This document shows, one piece after another, positions 51,655-64,000 of a stretch of DNA of 64,000 nucleotides. Position numbers and translations under genes: made by a program. Positions within the stretch are counted from its first letter, which is position 1. Each line of letters starts with the position of its first letter. The stretch is from Felis catus (taxonomy: Eukaryota), in NCBI RefSeq assembly GCF_018350175.1, contig NC_058368.1, positions 45,200,001-45,264,000 on the forward strand. The letters run 5' to 3'. The notes under the pieces are model-generated. The model worked only from the letters and a program-made list of their open reading frames with translations. It was not told the origin of the DNA and did not search any database.

Positions 51655-52359
51655 AACTTTGGGCATTTTCTAATGTGTTACCTAAGCCAGTGTTAATTTA
51701 TTTTAAATTGTGCTCTATTACTTAAAGTCGTGTTTTTATATCATCTGAAAGAATAATATGTAATGGAAAGGATAGTCAATGGAGGAGAGGACAGATTCCT
51801 AGGTCTGATTTTAGCATTTTCCTTGTATACTTTTGAGAAATTAACTTTAATTATAGAAGCTGGTTTTCTATACTGTATGATACCGAGGTACCATTAAATC
51901 CCTGACATAACTAATAAGCTCTAATACACATATGGACAAAGTAGGAAAATAATAATTGAAAAAAATAAAGATTGCAAAACTTTAAAACCTGGAGAAGAAA
52001 GTTAGATCTAGCAGAATTTTGTGAAGGTCAGGTGGAAAAAATACAAATAAACACTATTATTTAAAATATATAACATAAAATGCTCATTTACTGTTAATAA
52101 AACATATTTAAAACTCATGAAAATTCCAACTTCGTTTTTTAGCCTGTAAGAAGCATTTTTAAGAAAAAATTTAAAAATCAAAATGTAGGTAAAGATATAC
52201 CCCTTACACTAACAAATAAAAATTGGGGCTGGTAATTTAGTATCACCAAAACTGTAATTTAAGGGGTCATCAGTATGGATAACAAAAGTAGATTTTCTAT
52301 GCTAGGAAAAAGACTGATTTTTTTTAATTTAATAATTTTGAAACATATTTACTGTTAAG

Positions 52360-52515
52360 TTTTTAAAAGTTTTTAACAGCTTTATTGACATATAATTCAC
52401 ATACTACAAACTGTACCTGTATAAAATGTACAACTTAATTTTTTTTCATAGCTACAAAATTATGCAGCTTTCCACAAAATCTAGCTTTAGAACATGTTAT
52501 CACCCCAAAAAGAAA
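52360..52515 (-). mobile_element. L1MB-like 3' end fragment
   Basis: ttttaacagctttattgacatataattcacatac...tttagaacatgttatcaccccaaaaagaaa. Confidence 0.75.
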
Positions 52516-52743
52516 GGTGGGACTAATATTGTCTAAAGCACAGAAAGTAAAAACTGACAGAACTAAAATTCCCTAACATGAGATTTCTCTTGGTCAAACA
52601 TAAAGATATAGAATATTTTAAAAATGATAAGTAAAGTCAATGTAAAAATATTCATTCCAAGAATCAAGAAGAATTTTTAAAAAGTGCAACCTGTAATCAT
52701 AATCCTAGATGATATCAGCGAGACACTGAAGTAAGATATTGTA

Positions 52744-52947
52744 GGTTATCTGGGTGGCTCAGTCAGTTAAGTGTCTCTTAATTTCGGCTCAGGTCATGAT
52801 CTCACACTCATGATCTCACAGTCATGAGTTTCAGCCCCAGGTTGGGCTCCACACTAAGTGTGGGGCCTGCTTAAGATTCTCTCTCCCTCTACTCCCCTTC
52901 CCCCCCTTCTCTCTCTCAAAACAAAACAAATTTTAAAAGTTTTAAAA
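52744..52947 (+). mobile_element. CanSINE
   Basis: ctgggtggctcagtcagttaag; TSD tgaagtaagatattgt / tgaagtaggatactgt. Confidence 0.92.
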
Positions 52948-52959
52948 ATGAAGTAGGAT

Positions 52960-54090
52960 ACTGTGAAATAACTTCACTCTTATTTTAAAGCAAATCAGTT
53001 CCATTGTTGGATACCCCAAATTAAAGGCAAAACTATAAATATTCCAGACTACAACATAGGTATATATTTTCAAGATTTACAGTAGGTAAATGTTTTTTTA
53101 AAAGGTTACAAAAAGTACTAACCATAACAGAAACAGTTGATAAATTAGACTCCACTGAAACTGAGAATTCATCAAAAGACACACTTATGAGAATAAAAAG
53201 CTGAAGAATGACAAAAGATATTTGTAATATATTGTCAATGAATTGATATTCATGATTGTCAAAGAAGACAGACAACACAATACAAAAATAAGCAAGTGAC
53301 CTAACAAGGCACTCCATCCACATCGTCAATAAATATGTAAAAATTTAATTAAGGATATTATCCATCAGAGAAATACAGAAGAAAATCTCAATAAGATATC
53401 ACAATACTCCTGCAAAAATAACTAATTTTTTTAAAAACTTACAATACCAAATATTGTCAAATATTTGGAGTAACAGAAATGTTTGCACATTACTTCTGAG
53501 AGGGTAAATATCAAAGCTACTTTTTAAAATTGTGTGTCACTATCTACTAAAACTGAATATATAAACAATATATGATCCCGTATTTCCACTATAAAAGGAA
53601 TTCGGTAAATATTAGCAGCAAATAACATTACAAGATACCCGTAACAGCGCTATGCTTAAAAGCAAGAGCATGGAAGCAACACAAATATCCATCGACAGTA
53701 GAGTGAATAATTTGTACACTTGTTCATAAAATATAGAAATTTATCGCAATGAAATAACTAATTTCACAAATAAAGATGTTGAGTGAAAGAAGCCAGACAC
53801 ACAGTAATACCTATGTTATGATTCCATTTTATATGAAGAATCCATGCAAGAAAAACTTATTTGGCAGTAGAAATCAGGAGCATGGTTCGCACTGGGGAAA
53901 CTGAGACTGTTTACTGGAGTTGCCTGAAGAAGCTTCTTGAATGCCCATGCTATATACCTGGATCCTGGTGGAGCTGCACAGGTGTGTTTAAGATCATTTG
54001 TGTATTTCTGTGTTCATGATTTGTTCTTCTTTCCCTCTGTATTTTCAATTCATAAAAAATAATAAACAAAAAGTTTATCTTAAAAATAAA
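52960..54090 (+). mobile_element. Ancient L1ME-type ORF2 end and 3'UTR
   Basis: gttgataaattagactcc...tcatcaaaagacac; ggaagcaacacaaatatccatcgacagtagagtgaataa; gttgagtgaaaagaagccagacac...tatgattccattttatatgaag. Confidence 0.75.
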
Positions 54091-56987
54091 ACTCAAAAAA
54101 ATCCCCAGTGGGTAGTTTATTAGATTAAGATTTTCCATGGTAGGATTACCATTGAAAAATGTTCACAATGTGTGCTTAAGAGAGAGAGAAAGAGAATCCA
54201 TTGAGTGTTGAGTCAGGGGGTTGGAGGGAGAATTTCTTTTCATGTTTTCAGGGTACAGTTTAGATTTTATCTTTTCCAGACAGGAAAAGTATTATTGATA
54301 ATTTTGGTCCTGAATGACTTCCAATTCCATTTTGTCTGAGTAAGATCCTATGTGTCAAATAGTCTTGCCGATAACAACTACAAACTCTGACCAAAATGCA
54401 AAAAAGTAACTATGACATTACTAGACAGTAACCAAATATAGGTAGATCCTAGAGGTATGTAACATCTGGAATATGGAGATACAAGTGAGTGAATTTCCTA
54501 TTTTCATAGCCTCCAGCCTGACGGCAGGCCACAGTCTGCATCTTGCACCAGGCCACAAGTTTAAAAGTTCAAGAGAAAATCTACAGAGTTTCTGTCACAA
54601 AGAATAAGAGGAAATGATTCATTTCAACCACGACCACTGAAAACTGGATGATCAGGGAGTTATAGAAAGAAGAGAGCCTTAGAAAGTGACTCAAATTCTA
54701 TATATAAATCATTTCCAAATCCAGAATTCTTTAGTGACCTCTGAACAATGAGTGCTTGTGTCTAACCAACCTGATTGCTGAATAAGAAAGGAGACAGGAG
54801 GAGGGAGGGAGGAAGAGACAGAGGAAGGAAGGAAGGAAGGAAGGAAGGAAGGAAGGAAGGAAGGAAGGAAGGAAGGAAGGAAGGAAGGAAACAAGAAGCC
54901 AGGAAATAAGAAAGGAAGGAAACAGAGAGAGAGAGAAAGGAAAAGTTCTCTGAAGGACTATTCACAGAATCCAGAGTTGGCAAACACAATCTCACAATAT
55001 CCATGACATAATACAAAATTATCCAACATCTAAAGAAAGAAGAAAATGTAACAAATTCTCAAGGAAAAAGACTATAGAGACTGAACTTGTGAGGACCCAG
55101 GTGTTGGGATTAATAGATTAGTAGCTATTAGCATAATATTCAAGAAAAAGAGAAAATATGATAATAGTAAATGAAAACATAAATAGCAGCAGAGCTATAG
55201 AAACTCTTAAAAATGCAAATTCTAGAACTCCAATCTGTTACAGAGCATCAGAATAGAGATGGAGATAAAAGTCAATAAAATGTAGATATATTAATAAGGA
55301 ATATGGGAGGAGAAATTGTCAGAATAGCATGAAAGTGTTTTGTGTCTCGCGTCCATGAAATACAGCCAGACCAACGTTAAACCATCATGCAAACCTAGAA
55401 AACTGATCTCAGGATTAACAAAACAATCTGCACAACCTGAACCACAGAATTCAGCAGGTATGTGGTGTGGAGAGGTAAACTTGGGGAGAGTGAAGCCGCA
55501 GAGGTCAGGGAGCCACTTTTCCATGCAGAGAGAGGATGGAGACGGGGTTGGGGGAGAATACGGGAAAAGCACCACTCCCCAAAAGCAGTTGGAGAGAAAG
55601 TGGAAAATTGGAAACAGCCGCAGGGACTGAACTAAAAAGGGAAAAAGGACAGAGGATTTAAATTCCATTAAGACTGTAAACAGGGGGAGCACAGAATCTG
55701 AAACTCCGCAGCTCAACACTTGGTGGTGCTCTGGTAGAAAAGGCAAATCCCCAGGAGCAGAGTGGGGTACGGGAGTTACATGGGCCACACAGGGAGAAGC
55801 GGTTCCACTGCTGGAAGGATATTTGGTAGAGGCTGTGAGGCCTCTTGGGCTCAGCAGACCCCAGAGAATGGCCACATTCGCTGGTACTGGAACAAGGTCA
55901 TTGGGTGTGAAGCTTGGTGCCAGATGTGTGTTGTGATTTTCCATACTCCCTGCGGCATTGCTGCTACACTGCCTTGTGAATGTTTTCTGGGGCAGGCTGG
56001 CACTTGGCTGCAGTCTCTGGGCATTGGCAGCAGCAAAGTCCTGCAGGTGTTCCTGGGTGTGGCCACCACCTGGCCATTGCTTGGTGAGACCCTCCACAGA
56101 GAGGTGAAGAGAGTCAAAGCCTCAGTTCCTCAGAAATCAGGGCCGGGGGAAGGCAGCCACATCTGAGATAAAACTCGGGAGGGAGGTGCTGCCTGGGGCT
56201 TGTTCACGGACAGTGTGGAAGCAGGGAGTCGATAGAAGCCAAAGACAAAGGATGGGTGCACGATTCCTGATCGGGGAGAACAGAGTTCTGATACTAGAGA
56301 CTGGATAGCTGGGTGACGCCATTTTCACTGCTCCTACACATGTGCATATGCACCTACAAGCACCACAACAATCCACCCCAGCAGGCTAGCAGCGCCATCT
56401 AGTGGAGAATGAAGCCATTACACTAGCCCTGATCAACTGGGCCAACCTTACTCTTCAAGAACACAAGTCTCTACACCTGCTTAGTTTATGTACTATAAAA
56501 CGCTTCATAGTTTGACTTCTAGGGGAAAATGAAGTAATTTCAGTCATATTCAGTCTGTTAGCCAGTGCAACTATTCAATTTTCTTTTATCCCCTCTATTT
56601 GTCATTACTTTTCTTTTTCTTGAATAAAGAAAAATAATTCATTTTTATTTACAATTTTTATTAAATTTTTAAAAATTTTCTTTCTAGTATATTTTTTTAC
56701 TTTTGTGTAAATTTTTTCTTATTCTGTTTTACTTCCATCATTTCATTTTAGTCTACTTCAGCGTATTCATTCTTCCAACTTTTTCAATGATTTCCTTTTT
56801 TTTCTTTTTTTCCCCTTTTTTCTCTAATCTTTCAAGCCACTTTCAACACCCAGACCAAAACATACCTAGGATATAATATCATTTACTTGATTGTGTGTGT
56901 GTGTTTAATTTTTTAATTTTTTTTTAAATTTTATTTCTTTTCAATCTTATTTTTTTCTACCTCATTAATTCCTTTACTCCCTTCAAA

Positions 56988-57945
56988 ATGACAAAACAAA
57001 GGAATTCACCCCAAAATAAAGAGCAGGAAGAAAAGACAGCCAGGGACTTAACCAACACAGATACAAGCAAGATGTCTGAACCAGAATTTAGAATCACAAT
57101 AATAAGAATACTAGCTGGGGTAAAAAATAGATTATAATCCCTTTCTGTGGAGCAAAAAAAAGTAAAAGCTAGTCAGGATGAAATGAAAAATAATATAACT
57201 GGAAACCGATTTGACAATAAATTTCATAATAAAAAAATAAAATAAAATTTTAAAAAGTTAAAAAATAATAATATAACTGAGCTGCAATCTCAAATGGATG
57301 CTGCGGCAGCAAGGATAGATCAGGCAGAACAGAGAATCAGCGATATACAGGACAAAATATAGAGAATAATGAAGCAGAAAAAAGGATGGAGATTAAGGCA
57401 AAAGAGCACTATTTAAGAATTACAGAAAGCAGTGACTCATTAAAAAGGAACAACATTAGAATCATAGGGGCCCCAGAGGAAGAGGAAGAGAGAGAAATTT
57501 GGGTAGAAGAGTTATGTGAGCAAATCATAGTGGAAAACGTTCCTAACCTGGAGAAAGACACAGACACCAAAATCCAGGAAGCACAGAGGACAAATTAGAT
57601 TCAACAAACACTGACCATCAACAAGGCATATACTAGTCGAATTCACAAAACACTCAGTCAAGGAGAAAATCATGAAACCAGCAAGAGAAAAAAGTCCTTA
57701 CCCTACAAGGGAAGACAGATCAGGTTTACAGGAGACCTATCCATAGAACTTGGCAGGCCAGAAAGGAGGGGCAGGATATATTCAATGTGCTGACTCAGAA
57801 AAATATGCAGCCAAGAATTCTGTATCCAGCAAGGCTGTCATTCAAAATAGAAGAAGAGATAAAAAGTTTCCCAGGAAAACAAAAATTAAAGGAGTTTGTG
57901 ACCACTAAACCAGCCCTGCAAGAAATTTTAAGGAGCACTGTCTGA
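56988..57945 (+). pseudogene. ORF1: L1 ORF1p remnant
   Basis: MTKQRNSPQNKEQ..., ORF 57386-57598 DSLKRNNIRIIGAPEEEE...IQEAQRT; broken by stops and the micro-insertion at 57201. Confidence 0.88.
57201..57266 (+). mobile_element. Ultra-short L1 3'-tip insertion (~27 nt plus A-rich tail)
   Basis: ggaaaccgatttgacaataaatttcat equals the terminus seen at 28405-28430 and antisense at 61031-61057; TSD aataatataactg at 57189-57201 and 57267-57279. Confidence 0.88.
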
Positions 57946-58091
57946 GGGGAGAAAAGATAAATGAATGAATGAATGAATGAATGAATGAATGAATGAATGA
58001 AAGAATAAATGAATAAATAAATACAAAAAGCAACAAAGATTAGAAAAGAGCCGAGAACACCACCAGAAACTCCAACTCTACAAGCAACATA

Positions 58092-59720
58092 ATGACAATA
58101 AATTCATACCTTTCAGTACTCACACTAAACGCCAATGGACTAAATGCTCCAATCAAAAGACATAGGGTAACAGAATGGATAAGAAGACAAGATCCATCCA
58201 TAAGCTGTTTACAAGAGACCCACTTTAGACCTAAAGACACCTTCAGATTGAAAGTAAGAGGATAGAGAACCATCTATCATTCTAATGGTCAACAAAAGAA
58301 AGCCGGGGTAACCATACTTACACAATCTAGACTTCAAAAAAAAGACTGTATCAAGAGATGAATAAGGGCATTATATCATAATTAAGGGTTCTATCCATGA
58401 AGAAGACCTAACAATTGTAAACATTTATGCGCCAAATGTGGAGCACCCAAATATATAAGTCAGTCACAAACATGAAGAAACTCATTGATAGTAATACCAT
58501 AATAGTAGGAGACTTCAACACCCTACTCACAGCAATGGAAAAATCATCTAGTCAAAAAATCAACAAGGAAACAATGGCTTTGAATGGCACATTGGACCAG
58601 ATGGACTTAACAGATATATTCATTTCATCCTAAAGCAGCAGAATATACATTCTTCTCCAGTGCACATGGAACATTCTCCAGAAGAGACCACATACTGGGA
58701 CACAAATCATCCCTCAGCAAGTACAAAAAGACTGAGATCATACCGTGCACATTTTCAGACCATAACGCTTTGAAACTCGAAATCAATCACAAAAAAAAAA
58801 TTGAAAACGAACAAATACTTGGAGACTAAAGAACATTCTGCTAAAGAATTAATGGGCTAACCAAGAAGTTAAAGAAGAAATTAAAAAGTATAGGGAAGTC
58901 AATGAAAATGATAACACCACAACCCAAAACCTCTGGGATGTAGCAAAGGTGGTCATAAGAGGAAAGTAAATAGCAATCCAGGCCTTCCTAAAGAAGGAAG
59001 AAAGATCTCAGATACACAACCTAACCTTACGCCTTAAGAAGCTGGAAAAAGAACAGCAAATAAAACCCCAAACCAGCAGAAGACAGGAAATAATAAAGAT
59101 TAGAGCAGAAATTAATGCTATTGAAACCAAAAAAACAGTAGAACACATTGGGAGAAGATATTTGCAAACAGCATATCAGATAAAGAGTTAGTATCCAAAA
59201 TCTGTAAATAACTTATCAAACTCAACTCCCAAAAAACAAATAATCCAGTGAAGAAATGGACAAAAGACATGAATAGATGCTTCTCCAAATAAGACATTCA
59301 GAAAGCCAAACGACACATGAAAAAAATACTCAACATTACTAATCATCAGAGAAATACAAATCAAAACCACAATGAGATACCACCTCACATGTGTCAGAAT
59401 GGCTAACATTAGCAATTCAGGCAACAACAGATGTTGGTGAGGATGCAGAGAAAGAGGATCTCTTTGCCTTGTTGGTAGGAATGCAAGCTGGTGCAGCAAC
59501 TCTGGAAAACAGTATGGAAGTTCCTCAGAAAAGTAAAAACAGAACTACTCTATGACCCAGCAATTGCACTACTAGGTTTTTATCCAAGGGATAAAGGTAT
59601 GCTGTTTTGAAGGGACATATGCACCCCCGTGTTTATAGCAGCACTATCAGGAATAGCCACAGTATCGAAAGAGCCCAAATGTCCATCAATGGATGAATGG
59701 ATAAAGAGGATGTCATATAT
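58092..59720 (+). pseudogene. ORF2: L1 ORF2p remnant: endonuclease fused to C-terminus, no RT
   Basis: MTINSYLSVLTLNANGLNAPIKRHRV..., IIVGDFNTLL; junction gtagaaca|cattgggagaagatatttgc. Confidence 0.88.
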
Positions 59721-60696
59721 AATATTATATAATGAAGTATTACTCAGAAATCAAAAAGAATGAAATCTTGACATTTGCATCCACGTGGATGGAACTGGAG
59801 GGTATTACGCTAAGTGAAATTAGTCAGAGAAAGACAAATATCATATAACTTCACTCATATGAGGACTTTAAGAGACTAAACAGATGAACATAAGGGAAGA
59901 GAAATGAAAATAATATAAAAACAGGGAGGGGGACAAAACAGAAGAGACTCTAAAATATGGAGAACAAACAGGGTTACTGGAGGGGTTCTGGGAGGGGGGA
60001 TGGGCTAAATGGGTAAGGGGTATTAAGGAATATTCTCCTGAAATCATTGTTGCACTATATGCTAACTAATTTGGATGTAAATTTAAAAAAATTAAAAATA
60101 AATAAATAAATAAGGAATATGGAACATTAGGATCTTACAGATTATATCAAAGAAAGATAGCTGAAAGAGAAGTATTGGGGAAATATGCTTTTTTAATAGT
60201 GCTGAGATTTATGTAAGATGCTGAAGACATAAATTTTCAGATTCTTGGAAGTCACTAAAGTCTAAGTGGGATAAATACAAAGAAAACCACACTTAGGCAC
60301 ATTATGGTCAAAGATTAAGATACAATATTAAAAGGAGCCAGAGAGAAGCTCACTGCATGTACAAGAACAATAAAATAAATACTTGCATACTGCTGACTTC
60401 TTTTCAGAAACGTGAGGGACATAAGAAAATGGAACAACTTCAAGTGCTAAATGGAAACGCAAACCCTGTCAATCCAGTGTTTTTATTCAGAAAAAAATAT
60501 TAAGTATGACTAAGAGATAAAAATATTTTCAAATCAAAGAAGATGAAGAGAATTCACCATATTTCACTAGAAAAAGTACTGAAAGAAGTTCTCCAGGTTG
60601 AAGGAATAAAATAAACAGGAAACAATAACTATTTAGGATAATATATAGTCATGATGCTAAACTATTTTAAGGTAAGTTTTATACTTTTGCACTAAT

Positions 60697-61881
60697 TTTT
60701 TATTTTATTTTATTTTATTTTATTTTATTTTATTTTATTTTATTTTATTTTAATTTTATTTTATTTTTAACGTTTATTTATTTTTGAGACAGAGAGAGAC
60801 ACAGCATGAATGGGGGAGGGTCAGAGAGAGAGAGAGGGAGACACAGAATCCGAAACAGGCTCCAGGCTCTGAGCTGTCAGCACAGAGCCCAACGCAGGGC
60901 TTGAACTCACGAACCACGAGATCATGACCTGAGCCGAAGTTGGACGCTTAACCAACTGAGCCACCCAGGGGCCCCAAATTTTTAAAAAATTTTTTATGTT
61001 TGTTTATTTATTTATTCATTTATTTTTAATATGAAATTTATTGTCAAATTTGTTTCCATACAACACTCAGTGCTCATCCCAGCAGGTGCCCTCCTCAATG
61101 CGCATCACATGCTTTCCCTTGCCTCCCACACCCCCCCCCATGAAGCCTCAGTTTATTCTCAGTTTTTAAGAGTCTCTTATGGTTTGCCTCCTTCCCTCTC
61201 TGTAACTTTTTTTTCCCCTTCCCCTTCCCCATGGTCTTCTGTTAAGTTTCTCAGGATTCACATAAGAGTGAAAACATATGGTATCTGTTTTTCTCTGTAT
61301 GACTTATTTCACTTAGCATAACACTCTCCAGTTCCAACCACATTGCTACAAAAGGCCATATTTTATTCTTCCTCATTGCCAAGTAGTATTCCATTGTATA
61401 TATAAACCACAACTTCTTTATCTATTCATCAGTTGAAAAACAAACAATCCAGGGAAGAAATAGGCAGAAGATATGAATAGACACTTCTCTAAAGAAGACA
61501 TCCGGATGGCCAACAGGCACATGAAAAGATGCTTAACGTCATTCCTCATCAGGGAAATACAAACCAAAACCATACTGAGATATCACCTCACGCTAGTCAG
61601 AGTGGCTAAAATGAACAAATAGGAGACTATAGATCCTGGAAAGGATAATGAGAAACGAGAACTCTCTTGCACTGTTGGTGGGAATCCAAACTGGTGCAGC
61701 CACTCTGGAAAACAGTGTAGGTGTTCCTCAAAAAATTAAAAATAGATCTACCCTATGACTCAGCAATAGCACTGCTAGGAATTTACCCAAGGGATACAGG
61801 AGTGCTGATGCATAGGGGCACCTGTACCCCAATGTTTATAGCAGCACTTTCAACAATAACCAAATTATGGAAAGAGCTAAA
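60697..61881 (-). mobile_element. 5'-inverted (twin-priming) young felid L1 with a CanSINE in its tail
   Basis: 3' end antisense 61010-61435, inverted sense ORF2 piece 61436-61881; TSD tgcactaat at 60688-60696 and 61882-61890. Confidence 0.9.
60745..60975 (-). mobile_element. CanSINE with (TTTTA)n tail
   Basis: Full antisense SINE ending gagccacccaggggcccc. Confidence 0.95.
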
Positions 61882-62129
61882 TGCACTAATCTTTAAAGGC
61901 AATGGAAACTTAGTGAGTGATGAGTCATTTGAAGACTCTTTGATATTTAATGTAGTATATTAAAGGTATGGCTGCATCTCTTTCACACTGGTGTGTAAGG
62001 AAGAAAGGATTATTTTTAATTTAACTTTGTGTCTGCAAGCAGGATGAGAGTTTCTGATACATAGCCTGTATTTAATGAATGCTTGTTAAAATATTGACAT
62101 TGTTCAGTGTACAATTAATAATTTAATAC

Positions 62130-62290
62130 AGATTATCTCATTTTTCATTACAATAACCAAGCCAGATCAACATTTGTTCCCACATTTTAGATATGAACAA
62201 ATACAAAGTGGCATGCTCAAGTTTACTCCATATAGAGTACATAAAATACTTGAGTCTGAATTAGTAAAGTGATTCTTCCAATCTGCCTGT
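62130..62290 (-). mobile_element. MIR fragment
   Basis: ttatctcattttt...cccacattttagatatgaacaaa...gctcaagttt. Confidence 0.45.
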
Positions 62291-62445
62291 GATATACAGT
62301 AAAGAGCATACACATTCTGGATGCACTTCTAGAATTGAAATCAGTGCACAACTAAATCCTTAATTGTGACTATTTGTACCAACAGATTTAGATTTTTAAG
62401 ACACTCTCTAAAATAAAATTGTATTCAATATTTAATGGATTTACA

Positions 62446-62484
<39 letters not shown>

Positions 62485-62488
<4 letters not shown>

Positions 62489-62616
62489 ATATATGAAATT
62501 TATTGTCAAATTGGTTTCCATACAACACCCAGTGCTCATCTCAAAAGGTGCCCTCCTCAGTACCCATCACCCACCCTCTCCTCCCTCCCACCCCCCATCA
62601 ACCCTCAGTTTGTTCT
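62485..62616 (-). mobile_element. 5'-truncated young felid L1 3' end beside a (TA)n microsatellite
   Basis: atgaaatttattgtcaaattggtttccatacaacacccagtgctcatc...ccatcaaccctcagtttgttct; flanks gtatatatat... / gtttatatatat... Confidence 0.9.
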
Positions 62617-64000
62617 GTTTATATATATATATTTTTAACAGAAGTAACTATCAGTGATTTCATGATTGAGATAATGTATATTAAATAATTCTGACCACCT
62701 TAAATTTGTTCTGCTTCTCCAAAATACATGAAAATGACCCTTACCATTTTTTGCCCTTATGCTTTTCTTTATGTTGTTCTTATTAAATGTTTAAATGTTT
62801 CCTAAATGCTATTAAACTGTTTTTAATAGTATTTTCCCTCAAATATTAACCTTGATATATTTTCAATAGGGAAGGAAATATCTGATTTTTATATTTGTAG
62901 TCTTGATTTAAAATTAAATATCTTCATTTAAAGAGATTCTTGGTAACATGCATTAGTGATCCATAATTATTATGGCGTCAGTCTAGATGAGGTCCCTTTT
63001 GGAGGTTTAGGGCTCTCTTTATCCTGTCACTGCAAAATCTGGTTAACGGCCATGGAGGAAATTAAACAAATAGGAAAACCAAAGGAACTGACCAATCAAC
63101 AATAAGATAGGGATCCAAGAATTCTCTAGCTCTTCATGTGCGAATTGCTACCTGAAAGCCATTTTTCTCATGTCTCCCGACATTGTTAACACGTATTTGC
63201 ACATTCCAAAATACTATCCCCACTCAATGGAATGATCACTATCTATTTTGATGCCAAATTTCATGATCATGAAACAAACCCAAATCCAGAAATGTCATTA
63301 GAAGAAATAAGAAAATTTCTATTTCCAATGATTTGTGATTGATAGTTTATAACTATTTTGTCTAATTCTATTTAATGTGAAATAAAATAGCAATGTATCT
63401 TTCTCTGCAGTGAATGTTTGCTCATCAAGGAAGCAGCAATGCACCTGTTGTCGTAACCTCAAGAGATAAATGACTTTGGTATCGTCTGGGTTGCCTTGCT
63501 TATCAAAATGAAAAACTAGACCGATAATAATGTATTAAAGATGAGTTCACAGGCAGAAGATTAGTCTGATTATCCATGCTCTCTGATATCTTTTTCAAAA
63601 CATTTATAAAATGTTTTTAAAGAGGAAGAAAAAAACCTGTAGCATTTTAGGCAGACTGAAAGACAACTACATAAACTCACTGTATCAAATAATGTATTGA
63701 TATCAGCTGGCTTATTGCAGACAACAGTAACATTCTTAGAAAATAGATGAAAACTACCCTAGTGCAGTTATGTTTCCACCTGGATCCCATTACACATGTG
63801 AGACAAAGTACAGATAAAGTAGCAGGTGTGTCTTTCCCCTGACCTCACAAAAGGCATGCAGTTAGTATTCTTTGGAAGGGAGAAAAGATAATTTTATGTA
63901 TAGAAGAATATATAGTAATGATAGCTAATAACAACTTTCTTTGGCGTTCTTCATTACTATTTCAGGAAAAAATTAACAGCACACAGGTACTATAAATATG

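Larger units (their letters stand above)
55307..60108 (+). mobile_element. Felid L1 with full 5'UTR and ORF1 but RT domain deleted
   Basis: Perfect TSD aataaggaatatgg at 55293-55306 and 60109-60122; GC-rich 5'UTR; ORF1 from ATG 56988; ORF2 from ATG 58092; jump at ~59147; 3'UTR and A tail. Confidence 0.95.
54315..60620 (+). mobile_element. Ancient L1M/HAL1-like 5'UTR plus ORF1, split by the L1 at 55307-60108
   Basis: Degenerate ORF1 motifs on both sides (acccaggtgttgggattaataga...; gggataaatacaaagaaaaccacacttaggcacattatggtcaa...ctgacttcttttcagaaac); contains (GGAA)n at 54822-54890. Confidence 0.6.

Noticed and set aside
63395..63490. Possible exon (tctttctctgcag ... gtatcg)
   Set aside because: Weak donor and no recognisable peptide or supporting exons

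Overview
AT-rich mammalian genomic DNA, almost certainly felid: it carries 22 tRNA-derived CanSINE/SINEC_Fc-type SINEs and carnivore/felid-type L1s. I can support no host protein-coding exon, structural RNA gene or CRISPR array. The recognisable ORF-track entries are L1/ERV remnants, SINE read-throughs or microsatellite artefacts. The window is a layered record of transposable elements: (i) two decayed, convergent copies of an old ERV that combines MER68/MER76-like (ERVL-class) LTRs with a class-I/gamma-type env (1-1790 on +, ~18733-28100 on -), plus a third related LTR fragment; (ii) two near-full-length L1s (20132-25890 and 55307-60108, the second lacking the RT domain); (iii) two 5'-inverted (twin-priming) L1 insertions; (iv) a ~27-nt L1 3'-tip insertion with its own target-site duplication (TSD); (v) MER53, MER58B, Charlie1, MER5, MLT1, MER31, L2 and MIR relics. 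I found no convincing previously undescribed biological system. The best leads are the env-bearing ERVL-like proviruses and an unassigned ~1.5 kb segment at 43.1-44.6 kb. Repeat family names come from recalled consensus sequences, not a database search, and boundaries are approximate unless a TSD is quoted.
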